Positions 38,480 through 51,970 are shown, counted from the first letter of the stretch. The stretch is 60,559 nucleotides of DNA from Bigelowiella natans CCMP2755 (GCA_000320545.1 ADNK01003253.1:1-60559), one strand, 5' to 3'. The notes: a model not told the origin generated them from the letters alone. Numbers and translations: made by a program.

Positions 38480-41400
38480 TTGCTGATGTTTGAGCATGGC
38501 AGTCACAACTCATGCACATTGCGTCGTTGTCATCCAAGCTTCATCATTGCTAGCCATGTGTGATCATTGCACGTTGAACTAGTGAAGTGCGTGCACATTG
38601 CATGCGTGGTGGCACATGGAAGAAGGCCGGCAATCCTTGTGGCGAATTGTTGCTTGCTAGCTTGTGTCTGTCACACTCACATCTAGACATGCCAGCATTG
38701 TTGGAGAACGCACTACGTGAATGAGCATGTTCACAGCATGCTGGTGGCGTGTTGCAAGCTCTGGAGCTAGCCTCGGTTGTTTCCACAAGCCGGCATGTCT
38801 CGATGCATTGTCTGCATCTTTCGTGATGCATGCTGGCATGTGCTGCATCTGTTGACGTTTCATTCCACACTCAATGCACGCACGGCGGCAAATCAGGACG
38901 TCCAAACGCAGCGTGTTGATCAGTTGCATCGTGAACGTGCATTTGTGCAAACAATCTGGACATCTGAACATGATCGCTTCCAGCGTGCAACACAACACGT
39001 GCGCGATGGGCAGGTTGTTTGGTTCGGCTGCTGCGCCAGTGCGCGTCGCTTGAGCGACGACACCACACTTCCTCACGTGTCATCTTCCAAGCTCTGGAAC
39101 TAGCAAGTGGGCAAGCACAACGAACGTTGACAATGGACAAGGCCAGAAGGTCCACAAAACGATGGCAGCACGCCTTTGTGCTCAAGGGCAAAACAAGTGT
39201 GGACACGAGGAACCTGCTAGCTGTGTGTGGGCGTGCATGTCGTGTGTGATCATCATCACTTGCATGTCACACACACGTCTAGGTCGATGTGCAGACAATG
39301 TGTTCCGTGGATGCACTCTCACATCACCAGTGAGCGTGTGCAAAACGCAACAGTTTGAACAGCGCGTCTCACTGTCACCTCATTGCCAACAACAAAATCA
39401 TTGCTGCCGGACGACACACGCTGGCATGACAGGTGCGGCGTTGCACGTGATCGATCCCAGTCGCAAATTGATCCCGCCAGGCAGCACATCCATCCAGCCG
39501 CCGGTCCAATTGTGCACACGCTGCGCGAAGCCAAGTGTGCATCGCCACGCACTGGCGCAGTTGCGATGACCAGCGCCACAAGTTGTGCAGCGTCACATGA
39601 ATTGGGTTCACGTTCTCACGCGATGCGCCACGAACGGTGTGATGTGGGATTTGCGCACGTTGGCACGTGCGAACACGCGACCGGCCGGGTTGCCAGTTGC
39701 CAGTCGGTGGTTGGGGGTGCCAAATGGCCACCACCACGCAGGCTGGGTGGTTCGCTGATTCAAAAAACAATTTCGTGCTTGAATGCGTGACGATGCGATC
39801 AATCAATGAATCACTGGTTGGCGATGCCAGGACTGGACGATGCGCACAATGAGAAGCCGCCATGCACGCAATGGCACACGTGCGCGCGCTGGCGCGACAT
39901 TGCAGGTTGGACAGCTGACGAGCACGAGGACTGTGTGTGACCTTGATCGAGATCGCCAAACAATCGTTTCTTGCCAAAAGTTGAAGAGCAAGCTAGCAAG
40001 GAGGGAAAGAAAGAAAGGGAAAGGTGGAAGGAGGAGGAGGGTGTCGAGGTGGAGAAGGAGAGCGTGCTGGCGCGCTGTCGCGCTCACGAGTGAAACCAGG
40101 AAGGCCAGAAGGGGTCACGAACACGAAGCGAAGCCGATCGTGCAGTGTTCACACTGGCACCACTGTGCAGGCTGCGAGGTGTGTGCACGTGACGAATCAG
40201 ACGGCGTGCAAACTCGGCGTTCGCGCTGCGTGCAACAGCAAGCAAACCGCACCACTGCACCCCTTCGTCCTTTCATTGCCTCTGCCCTCCACGCATTGTT
40301 GTGAAGGCTGCCTCCACTCACAAGTCAGTGTCACACCTGCTCGTGTCCGAGTGCAAAATCACACGGTGACCGTCCCCCAGCCAGCAGGCTGGCTGGGGCA
40401 GAAGAACAACGAACAACGAACAACGACGATGAACTGCGTTGACAGAGCCTGCTGGCCTGGCCTGGTTGAAAAAGGAACATTGAACTTTGAACACTGAAAC
40501 GAGCATTGGTGAAAAATGACGTGCGCAGGAACCGCATTGAACGTTGGGCCGAACACTGAGCGTTGAACACAACACTGAAAGAAGCATTGATGCAAACCAC
40601 GTGAGCAAGAACCACATGGGAGACGTGCGCATGGGAGGCCATGCACTTGCACGAACTTGCGAAGCTGCGCCCACAAACAAAAATCACAGAACAATGAACA
40701 ATGAACAAAGCACTGATGCAAAACCACGTGAGCAAGAACCACGTGAGAGACGTGCACGACCACGTGGGAGACACGCACGACTGCGTGGCAGCGCCTCAAC
40801 AAAAACCATTGCGAGGACTCATCAGCACCCTGTTGGTGTTGGGAAAAACTCAGCCAGCAAGTGTCTCATGACTGAGGAAGCCAAGGACAATTGGGGCCAG
40901 GCGGACTGTCCATTGATTGGAGGTGCAGCTTGTGGAGTGTGTCAAAACTTTGGCTGACGTGAACAATGAACAATGAACAATGAACAAAGCGTTGATCAAA
41001 AACCACGTGCGCCAGAACCACATGGGAGACAGGCATTTGCACGCAGCAGAGCCTCAACAACACTCGTTGCAAGGACTTGTCAGCACCCTGTTGGTGAAGA
41101 GACACAAAAAATCAGCTGCAACCCATCAGAGGCACACTCCAAGGCTGCGTGAAGGGATGAGAACACCATGGCCACTCATCTGAAATGCCGGAGACGGAAC
41201 AAGGGATGAAATTGGCATGGATGCCGATTGATGGTGCCGTTGCAATGTGAATTGATTGGAACTGAAGCTGGCATCTTGGATGCCGAACAGCAGCAAAATT
41301 GTCAAGCAGGACAATGGTTCGACGGAGAGCCCTGTCGATTTCTTTGTCAGTCGAAGGAACACCAGATGTGGCCCCCAGAGCAAGGCAGAACTTGTCATGA

Positions 41401-42280
41401 GAAGACATGGCTGAGAAAGCACGCAACGTGACAACATCATCATTGGCATCAGGTTGATGACGAGACACCAGGTGACGAATCCTGGTCCAAAAACGGTCTC
41501 TGATGTCGCACGTTCCTTGACAGGAGAACAAAAGGTGTTTCAGGGACACGTCTTCGTGAGGTTCGCACAAGGAGCACTAGCCCTCATGCTGCTCCAGTGC
41601 GAAGAATCTGGCAGTGTTCTGACGCCACCACAAGGCTCCACAACGAGCTTGGAATTTGAGGGACACACCACGGGCATCGTGCCATTCATCGAGGCACTTG
41701 GAGCAATGAAGATGGGCCTGTTTGCCCACTTCCCCATGGCTCCAAGATTGCGACTTGGAAATCGGCTCCCATGAGCGAACTTCCAAAAGACACCGACATG
41801 GCTCAACTCGATCAAACCTGTGGGGATCAAGTCCACAGTGGAAGCCAGAAGCACTGAGACGGATGAGGCACACTGAAACGACGCACAGCAGCAACGTCAT
41901 CGAGCTGAACAATGATTCGACGGAAGGCCCTGTCAACTTCTTTGTCAGTCGCAGGAGCACCAGACCTGGCCCCAGAGCAAGACAATGAACAATGATGATG
42001 AACCACACTTCCAAAACGTCACAAGACGTTTGCAGTGTGCGAATGAATGAATGAATGAACGAAGCATTGATCAAACTTGCATGCGCGAGAACCACATGGG
42101 AGACAAGCGCATGCATGCAACAGAGCCTCAACATCATGCAGTCGTTGCAAGGACTTGTCAGCACCCTGTTGGTGATGTGTTGCACAACTAGCTGGTGACC
42201 CACGTCCAGGGAAGCCAAAAGACACAGAAAGAGCACAGTGTTGTTGTTTGTTGCCTTGCTTCTGAGAGCACTTGGTGATT
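38480..42280. other. TpA-depleted hypermutated repeat domain 2
   Basis: About 12 TpA by eye in about 3.8 kb, 11 of them in CTAG. The stretch 39995-41575 has none. ORFs on both strands lack Tyr. Confidence 0.93.
40490..42235 (-). mobile_element. Head-to-tail cluster of 5'-truncated copies of one LINE family (ORF2 C-terminus, 3' UTR and microsatellite tails)
   Basis: The minus strand encodes KCLDEWHDARGVSLKFQARCGALWWRQNTARF...CSLCEPHEDVSLKHLLFSC (CCHC knuckle)...RFWTRIR...DKFCLALG (about 41720-41290). 41880-41985 duplicates 41280-41390. The 3' UTR block ggactYRtcagcaccctgttggtg recurs at 40815, 41073 and 42151, and gaaccacRtgRgagac recurs at about 40609, 40736, 41015 and 42089. The copies end in (TTCA)n or (ATTGTTC)n-like tails. 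Confidence 0.75.
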
Positions 42281-43313
42281 CATTAGTTTGCTAGTCTAGC
42301 TGTGTTTTTTTCCATTGTCGCTTGAGGAAAATGGGCTGATGATGATGTTGTTGATGATGACAATTTGGAGAAAAATAAGACTCATCATCGTCGTACCTAC
42401 CAGTGTTGCCTAATCACCATCATAGAACATTGGCAATCAATCATCATCGGCATTCTGCACGCACAAGGTTAGTAAGGACAAGGAGAAGGAGAAGGAGGAG
42501 GAGAATGACAGTGACCATTGTGTGTGTGTGTGTGTGTGTGTGTCACATTGGCGGAAATTGTTATTATGCCTGCTGCCTTGATCTTCCTCATGACGCAATA
42601 TGCATCTTCTGCGAATGCTGCCTTAGTGCTATAGAAACCAGCACTGAGAGACGTCGTCGTCGTTAAAATGGTGATGATGATGATGATGCACATGTCATGA
42701 TGATAGGAGGAAACGTGTTGGCTTAGTCACTATCGGAATTGAGTCTCAGACAATTTCTCTGATAGACAGACGACTTTTGCAACCATCATTCTGTTTCATT
42801 GCAAATGTTCAAAGACTAATTACTATGAACATCGTGATTCTATTTGCAAACTTTATACACTGCTACAGTGCGAAGATAATGGACAATCTCAAAGGCGTCT
42901 TCTGAACAACATTTTTATGGCTCATGTACGCACCGAATCAATACATCTATGCTATGACGAGAGACCGTGTCGATCATACACATATTTCATATATTATACG
43001 CTCACACCAGATGATTGTGAAAATGGTGTTGTTATTACGATGAAAATGATGGAGTCAAACGAATGAAAGAGGGAGAGAGAGGGGGGGTGGCGGGAGCGGG
43101 GGAAGGAAGACCATGTTTCTACAAGATCATTTAAATATCTTATCTTTCTTTTTGATTGACTTGGCTGTGCCATCATCATCATTTTGAGGAAGTTATCTTT
43201 TACTACTGGTTATTTCTATATCAGCGAAGAAGTAGAAGACCCCTCGAAACGGCTTGACATTTTGTTAGGAACAAGTGCAATAAGTAGTCTACTGTTCGTG
43301 ATCTGAAGAGGAG

Positions 43314-44132
43314 ATGATATTCCTATTTGTTGTTGATACTGGTTGTTCAATGAACCAGCTAACCGCTAGAGGTAGGTACTAGTAGACATTAAACTAGGTA
43401 GCTTGCATTGTAGTGGTAGTAGCAGTAGTTGTGGATGATGAGAGAGATTAGAAGTTGAGTAGGATCATATTGAAGCATGCATGATACTTCCCCTATAAAT
43501 TCGTAATAATATCTCGAAGCATGCATGATACTTCCCCTATAAATTCGTAATAATATCTCGAAGCATGCATGATACTTCACTTATAAATTCGTAATAATAT
43601 CTCGATACATCTATGTATAGTCCATCTGTTGTTCGCACACACGCATAACCAAATAAATCTATGAATTAGAAAGTGAGTAGCAGTAGTGTAATCCTTAGTA
43701 ATATACATACAAGCTGTTGTAGTAGTAGTAGTAGCAGTAGTAGTAGTATGGATTGTTTTTTAGCTTCACTACGAGATGTAGTAGTAGTAATCAATGTTAA
43801 GTATATACACATAATACATTTATCTATCGAATTCACGGTAACATAATTAGGGATAAGTTTGCTTGATTGTGCAAAGAGCGCCATCGAGCAGTTCGTGAAA
43901 GCACGTCTCCACGACCCAGCTTCTCGGAACGATAAGTAGGATGTTCTGATGATAATGATGATGATGACTATATATCTAATCCAGGCCACATATTCACAAA
44001 GCACTTTCTGTGTTTGTGTATGTATGTTTATTTATCTAGAGATGCAAATTTGAAAATGAGTAGTGATGATCAATCAATCATTACTCGTTTCTGTTTTAGT
44101 GCAGTGGTGTCTGTCTTCTCACATTCTTACTG

Positions 44133-44165
<33 letters not shown>

Positions 44166-45009
44166 TATTTTAATGTATGTATTATTATTTATTATCATCT
44201 GTGTGCAAGTGTGCTCATTTACCTGCCATTCCTTTCATTTTACTACATCGTTGGTCTCCTCATCAAACTCCGCTCTCATTTTTTTTCCAATATAAACAAC
44301 AAAAACAACAACCCTAAACCTCCATAGCAGCCATCTCGTATTATCATTATTATTTATTGTTAATATTCGTATAATATATCATCATTGTCATTGTATTGAG
44401 CATTATTCTTTGTAATTAGTGATGCCGTATATCATCAGGTATTTGCTTGTTACGAGGAAGAACGTTGTGGTTGGATGGTCAGATACTACGAAGGTACTAA
44501 CTAGTACTTGTAGTATTAGTAATAGTACCAATTATAGAGCGTAGGAGTAGATATGTAGTAGCAGTAGTAGCAGTAGTAGCAGTAGTAGTACGTGCACGTA
44601 CAAGATAGAATTGAAGAAGTTATCAAGTGGTACAATCATTGTCAGGAGTGCTTACACAACAAATATCTTACAATATGACAACCAAAATTATGATGATGAT
44701 GATGAAGATAGTGAGTGTGGATAGAATGCGAATAAATAGATGGTGTGGCAACTGCAGCAGTAAACATCTGGTACTCTCTCTTGAGAGTACGTACTACATA
44801 CGTCTGGACAGACGAGCAGAGATGACCAGCAGATAGATATCAATCGATCAATAGATAATCAAAAGAGGGGAGGGGAGGAGGGGGGGGGGGGGGGGGGAAA
44901 GCAGCAGCTGAGTACTGCTGCTGCGAACAACTGTACGGCAATATATGATGGGATGAAGAGTAGAAACACGTATTAGCTTAGATGGTGAATATTACATACC
45001 GTAATCATG

Positions 45010-45048
<39 letters not shown>

Positions 45049-45164
45049 CATTAGGATTTCCATGAGCGTGTGAAATATCTGGAAGCTGATGATATATCAG
45101 ATATACCGTTAGCATTGTTGAATGCATTTAGTCTTCTTAATAAGTACCGAATGGCAGGTTGGTA

Positions 45165-45199
<35 letters not shown>

Positions 45200-45592
45200 G
45201 CTCAATAGAAATAGTACTACTACTAGTAACGGTTGCAGTGAAGCTGTTGGTGATAGTATTATTATTATTATTATTATTATTATTGTTAGTAGTAGTAGTA
45301 GTAGTAGAGTATCAAATATACTACTTGATTGACAATCATCATTTGAATGCCTACTTTTATTCTATGGGTGTTATCATCTTTGCCCTCCTCTTCCTCTCTC
45401 TCCTAACATTATTTTACTACTAATAATAATAATCATCATCATCCTCAGAAATTGATACCTTACTACTACTAATTATCATCATCATCCTCAGGAATTGATA
45501 CCTTTGGTAGCGGCCGTCATCCATGGTACATATTAATAGCTTTAAACCTGATGGTGATGATGATGAAGATGATAATTCATTATTGTAAATAG

Positions 45593-45623
<31 letters not shown>

Positions 45624-46812
45624 CAGCAGTAGTGGTAATGGTAATGATAGCGGTGGTGTTGTTTTATTTGTAAAGTAGTGTTACTGTGTACAATTAAGTA
45701 GTACAGTACGTTGTAACTGAGATGATGAAATTAGCAGTAGCAGTTGTAGTAGTCAAGGGAAATACAACATTATTGCAGTATTATGGAATCACCATCTTCA
45801 CGCAGTTGTTGATAATATTAATATATATTGATAATATGAACAAGAGTGATGCAAACAATACCACAGTTTACATTTATTATATCATTATCTTTTATCTTTA
45901 ATGAAGCATAATTATTATCGGTTATTACTGCTAATACTACTATATGTTGTTAGGTACATAGAGCCAAGTGCCGTCATTGTCTTAACGGATGGATATATCG
46001 ATGCAAGAAGTATTGCCTACCAATGCAGCACCCATACAGCAGCAGTACCATCTTCTGCTATCAAAGGATACACGATGACGACTACGAGAAGTGGTGACAA
46101 CGACGATGTAAAGGATTTCAACTCAAAGAATTCAAACAATAAAAACGCAACAACAACAACAACTACTACTACTACTACTACTACTACCGCTGCTACTACA
46201 CCAAAAACCATTGAAATGAATGGTATCGTGGACGAATTTGGTCGTACGACTACAACTTCTTCAAGCTTAATAAGAAATGGTCTCCATCATCATCGTAGCA
46301 CACAACAAATAATAGTATCTTTTGAATCACTACTATGCTTATCACCAAATGACTACTTAGCAAGAGTAGCAGCAGCAGCAGTAGCAGCAGAAACATCATT
46401 TGAGGAGGAGGAGGAGGAGGAGGAGGAGGAGGAGGAGGGCAACGATGATCACGACATTGATAACGATGATCAACACAACAAACAACTTCATAGTTTATAC
46501 AAAAGCGATAAGAATTTACTTGCCGATCATCGTCGTAGTAGAAGATATAATAAACACGAAGGTATTATTAATGGGAGGAGGCTGCTGATTGATGATGAGG
46601 AAGAAGAAAATAATGGCACTCTTAGTAGTAGTAGTAATATTATTAGTAGTAGTAGTAGTAGTAGAAAACATGTATTGTTCACGGCTGAAAATCGATGGGA
46701 TCAAAGGATTTATACTCTTTTGTTAAGATTTCCAGGTTGGTTGTGTTGTTTCTACTACTCCTCGATGATGTTGTGGATTCTTGGAATATATTGAGGATGA
46801 CTATGATGATAT

Positions 46813-46848
<36 letters not shown>

Positions 46849-47436
46849 GCGCTATGAATGTATATTGTACATATGTTACTTTTAATTAGCCAACACCAAG
46901 ACGTGACTTGGTTTCTCCTAATTCCTTTTCATCATCATCATCATCATTATCATTGCCATCATTGGATTTAGTGCATCATAATTTTTAATACTAATTATTA
47001 ATATTTCCGTTAGGAGTAAAGAATCGTCTGAGAGGAGAAGTCCATCATCATAGTAGTTATTTTTTATCATCATCCTCTAGAGCACTACACTCAGCCGCAA
47101 CAGCATCATAATGATAATAATGATAATAATAATAATAATAATAATAATAACAGAAACTATTTCCTCTTCTTCAATGTCATTATTTATCATCCTCATCAAG
47201 GCAATGAGCAAATGTTGGAAGATGCTGCAAAGCTTCTTAAAGACGCCGCACGAGCGACAGGGGGTTGTTAGTAGTAGTAGTAGTAGTTTAATCACCAAAT
47301 AATAATTGAATTCATTGATACTACATTACCTTCCTCCTCCTCCTCTTCTTCTTCTTCATCTTCTTCTTCTTCTTCTTCTGTATTTTCCCTATTTATCATT
47401 CATAGCAGGATCATTACATCCACAGAGCATCATCAA

Positions 47437-47468
<32 letters not shown>

Positions 47469-48163
47469 CACACATACACACACACCACAAACAAAGAAGG
47501 CATAGAGGCAGAAGAAGAGTGAAACGACAACAAACAAGTAGACCAGGACAGCATCATCTCCACCTTTACTACTGAAGACAAAATTATTATAGCGCTATGC
47601 AGCAATAATAAATCAAATAATAATAGGAAGTCACTTTGCCCCTCGGTCGTTAAAGAAACTACTGCAGGTGCTAGTAGTAGTACTAGTACTAGTAGTAATA
47701 GTACTATTAGTAGTAAATCCCCATGATCACTATAGTCACCATCGTCGTCATAATCATGCTGCTGCTACTACCTGCTACTACTTCTAATCTACTACTACTA
47801 CCTCTATTTTAGACAATGGACAGCTCTATCTCAAAACTGAATCAAGGAATGTTGTGCAGATTTGAATGTAAGATAAATGATAATATGCATCAATATAACA
47901 ATGATGATGATGATGATGATGATAATGAAGGGTGGTGTACTGCATAGGGAGTGCTAACGATGATGATCTGTAAACACTCCTTTAATTAACCATCCCAACA
48001 TCATTCTCTCTTATAGACGTACATACTACGACAATGCTCCCCCTCCTCATACTCAGGCTATGGAAACAAATCGATATCCCATCTGACTTTCATCCACGTG
48101 CACACAAGACAAGTAGTGCTACTACTCTATTTAGAACAAGAAGAAGAGGAGGAATGTGTGTGT

Positions 48164-48207
<44 letters not shown>

Positions 48208-48331
48208 GTATGGGATTATAAGGATGATGATGCCATTTGAGCAATGTACATGATTCTTTAGCTAGAAGAAAAAGAAGAAGTGGTGATAGTAGAAATGATT
48301 GAGTCATCGTCGTTATCAGTAGTAGCAGTCT

Positions 48332-48366
<35 letters not shown>

Positions 48367-48647
48367 ATAGTAAAACACCCATCCTAAGTTGATAGATTTA
48401 CTTGTACTACACTACTTGTACTACTACTATATTGAACAAGGGACATTGGCCGATTCCGGAATGTTATTTCCCAGATAATAAGGTCTTTAGCATTAAAACA
48501 TTATTACTATCATCATCATACATAGCAGTGGTGATAGGTAGAGGCAGGTAGCTACTACCGGTTATTAACGATGACTGACAAGCGATCGCAACAACATTTT
48601 GTTAGTAGCCAACAACACAAAGATGATGATTCTAGTAGTACTGCTAG

Positions 48648-48681
<34 letters not shown>

Positions 48682-48817
48682 CCTTTTCTTCTACTTCATC
48701 ATCTCAATAAACGTGCTCTTTAGCTACTACATACAATAAAATCACTAACAACATTCATTACAACAATTATTATTACTTTATTATTAGATGGAGGAACTTC
48801 CACCAAGAAAACCGTAA

Positions 48818-48860
<43 letters not shown>

Positions 48861-49297
48861 AGAATGATGACTGGTACAAATATGAGTATACTACTACTAC
48901 TACTACTACTACTACTTCAGTGACATGTTTTCTCTCATAATGATGGTGATAGACTATGAATGATGGTGATAGACTATAAATGATGGTGGTAGACTATAAA
49001 TGATAGTGATAGACTATAAATGATAGTGATAGACTATAAATGATGCTGCAACCACCATTTTGTGTTGTCATGTCATCATCATCACCAGCTCATCATCATT
49101 TCGTATCATATTATTGATCATTTAGATATCCTCGCATTATCTACAAAACTACAATAACATCGAAGCAACATCAGTTGTTGCTAAATCAAGGTGATAATAA
49201 AAACTAATAGTAGTAGTATAAGTGATAGTAGTAGTAGCCGTGCTGACAGCGGTACTCATATGTGTTATTTCTACAAAAAAGTGCTGACACGACTATT

Positions 49298-49330
<33 letters not shown>

Positions 49331-49466
49331 TTATTCCATCATTGATACACTAGCTTTTGGTAACAACAACGGTATTTGCAATAATGGATTGATGGTTCCG
49401 GTGGATAAATATGAAATCGGTACTAGTACTATACTACTAAAAGCAGCAGTAGAAGTTGGGATGATT

Positions 49467-49497
<31 letters not shown>

Positions 49498-49569
49498 CAG
49501 CAGCAGCAGCAGGGGATAAATATGGAATTGATACTAGGAAGTGCTAGTAGTAGTAGTAAGTAGTAGTAA

Positions 49570-49602
<33 letters not shown>

Positions 49603-49974
49603 CTACTTTGTTGGTCTCCTTTTTTCCTTCTTTCTGTTTTATTCACACTTTCTATAGTTGGTCTCCTTTTTTCCTTCTTTCTGTTTTATTCACACTTTCT
49701 ATAGTTTGCTACTGGTTTTTATTGTTGTCTTCTCTCTGTGCATGAATATCCATTTCCCTATCGATCAATCATTAGCACCCGGGCCTTTAGCTCAAAGCAT
49801 AATCGGTTAGTCTCCATAATAATTCTCACAACAGCAAGATACCCATAAAATAATAGTAGATGATGACGATGATGTTGGTGATAATATGCTACATGATACA
49901 CAATCATTTTTATGATAGTAGATCTCTCTTATCATATTATTAATCTTGCAATTTAGCAGAAATCCTCTTATTGT

Positions 49975-50038
<64 letters not shown>

Positions 50039-50817
50039 TGTAAGTATTAGCATGATAAATAATACATACAATGCCCATCATCAGCATCATGTTTCTTGAT
50101 AAATAATGTATCATTCATAAAAACACAATCATGATACTTAACAAATGATATCTCATTCATAAACACACAATTGGTGGTGGTGTATAGCGAAAAAGGCTGT
50201 TTGGCCGATTTATGTGGAGAATAGCTTGGGTGATGGTGGATTAGGTAGTAGTAATAGTAGTAGTAGTAGTAGAATCACCTTGATATAGCGTAATACATAC
50301 TCATAATAAAGCATTGATGATAAAATAGAGGACTGCTATGCTGTTATCAAAAGAAAAGAAAGAATTACCACCTATCAAGGAAGAAAGACAACTTCAACTT
50401 ATGATTCATCTTCTTCTTCTACTTGCAAATTTTACATCATTCTAGCATTCTCTACTGTCATGCAGCAGCATAAAATTATTGATTGTTCTCTTTTGATATT
50501 ATTATCATCATCATTTTTATAGCTTGATAAGTCTTAATGATTAAGTTTAAAAATTGTAGCGATTATAGTTATAAAGTGGAAAAATATAAGATATTGATGA
50601 TGGCAATAATAGTAATAATTATAATAATAATAACAAATAATGATAATGATAACAAAGAATAATAACAACAGGACGGCCGTTTGGTATATTAATGTGTGAA
50701 GGCCAAGTAGTTCAGAAGGTAATAGTAGTAGTAATAGCAAGTAACAACAAATAGGAGGGAGGAGGAAAATGCAGTAGCAGAAGAGAAGTGACGACTACGA
50801 TGATGCTGATGATGATA

Positions 50818-50850
<33 letters not shown>

Positions 50851-51771
50851 ATGATATAGCTAAGTCCCAATGACCAGTAAACAACAAATAGTTGTTGTAA
50901 TTAAGTACAAAAGAAAATACCATTTTGAAAGAATCAGCAGAAAATATCATCATCCACAAAAGTGGAGGGATATTTTTATTCGTTATTAGAAATTAATTGC
51001 TACTTTTATGTCGCTCGTCGATCATCATCCATCATCATCATCTTCTTCTTCTTCTTCTTCTATTGTAGGCGGTTTTGTGCATCTACCCGTACGATTGCTT
51101 TAGGCTCGGCGAGATACTCTCTCACCATATGATGACAGGTATTAATAAAAAATAATAATGATAATAATACAGCACTACCGCACTGTAAGAACAAGAAGAC
51201 GATAGACCAAACAAGAGATAATGCACCATCAAGATTTCGTTTGACCATTAAAAACTGATTTAAAGATCATTAAGTCGATAATGGAATAAGTATAAGTCGC
51301 AATACCAATACATGCTATTGTTATTATTTTTTTAATTATTTCTATAATTTAAAGTACTTGTTAAGCGCAGTATTAAATCTATAATCTAATTGGTGAGCGC
51401 CATTATTTTTATTGTGTGAGGTTGTCATCGTTATTTATAATAATTATTCCAAAACATAAATCCGATAATATTATGTATAGTAGAGTATACTACATCGTAT
51501 CGAAACAAAATCACTACTCACAACCAAGAGCACCCTTTATGTAATAATACACTAATTCTTCTCTCGAATAGACAAGAACAGCTTAATATATCGTCGTTTA
51601 TACAACTCATATGGGATTCTTCTTCTCGATAAACGTCATCATCACCTTATCATCATCACTATCTCAGGGCGGTCAGATACTATGGAAATGACAAATATGG
51701 TAATAACAACCGACAAATAACCATCAGTAGTAGTAGTAGTAGTTGTTGTTGTTGTTGTTGTTGTAGTAGTT

Positions 51772-51803
<32 letters not shown>

Positions 51804-51970
51804 TGGTAGTAGTATTGGTAGTAGTAGTAGCAGTGGTGGAATAGTGTATCATTGTCCACACACTATTCATTGATATCATCTACATGATTATGATTGTTTT
51901 GCTAGGTTTCGGAATATGTCAGCGGCATTCCTCAATACTATGCAAAAACAATTTTGCCCATTCTTACAAG

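Noticed and set aside
40490-42235. ADAR editing of retroelement RNA before reverse transcription
   Set aside because: It would give A-to-G on one strand only and favour UAG. Changes are on both strands, CTAG is spared, and non-retroelement sequence is affected.
38550-42236. Dense overlapping 100-220 aa ORFs on both strands (also at 27387-29932), suggesting overlapping or novel Cys/His-rich genes
   Set aside because: They follow from TpA loss, which removes TAA and most TAG stops and turns Tyr codons into His/Cys. Only the LINE fragments have recognisable motifs.
42400-43300. Possible small minus-strand gene divergent from INTS6 (e.g. SAGFYSTKAAFAEDAYCVMRKIKAAG)
   Set aside because: No consistent exon chain or family motif could be established by eye.
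43472-49045. 44-bp and 20-bp repeats as CRISPR-like arrays
   Set aside because: They are head-to-tail units with no unique spacers, lie inside eukaryotic introns, and no cas genes are present.
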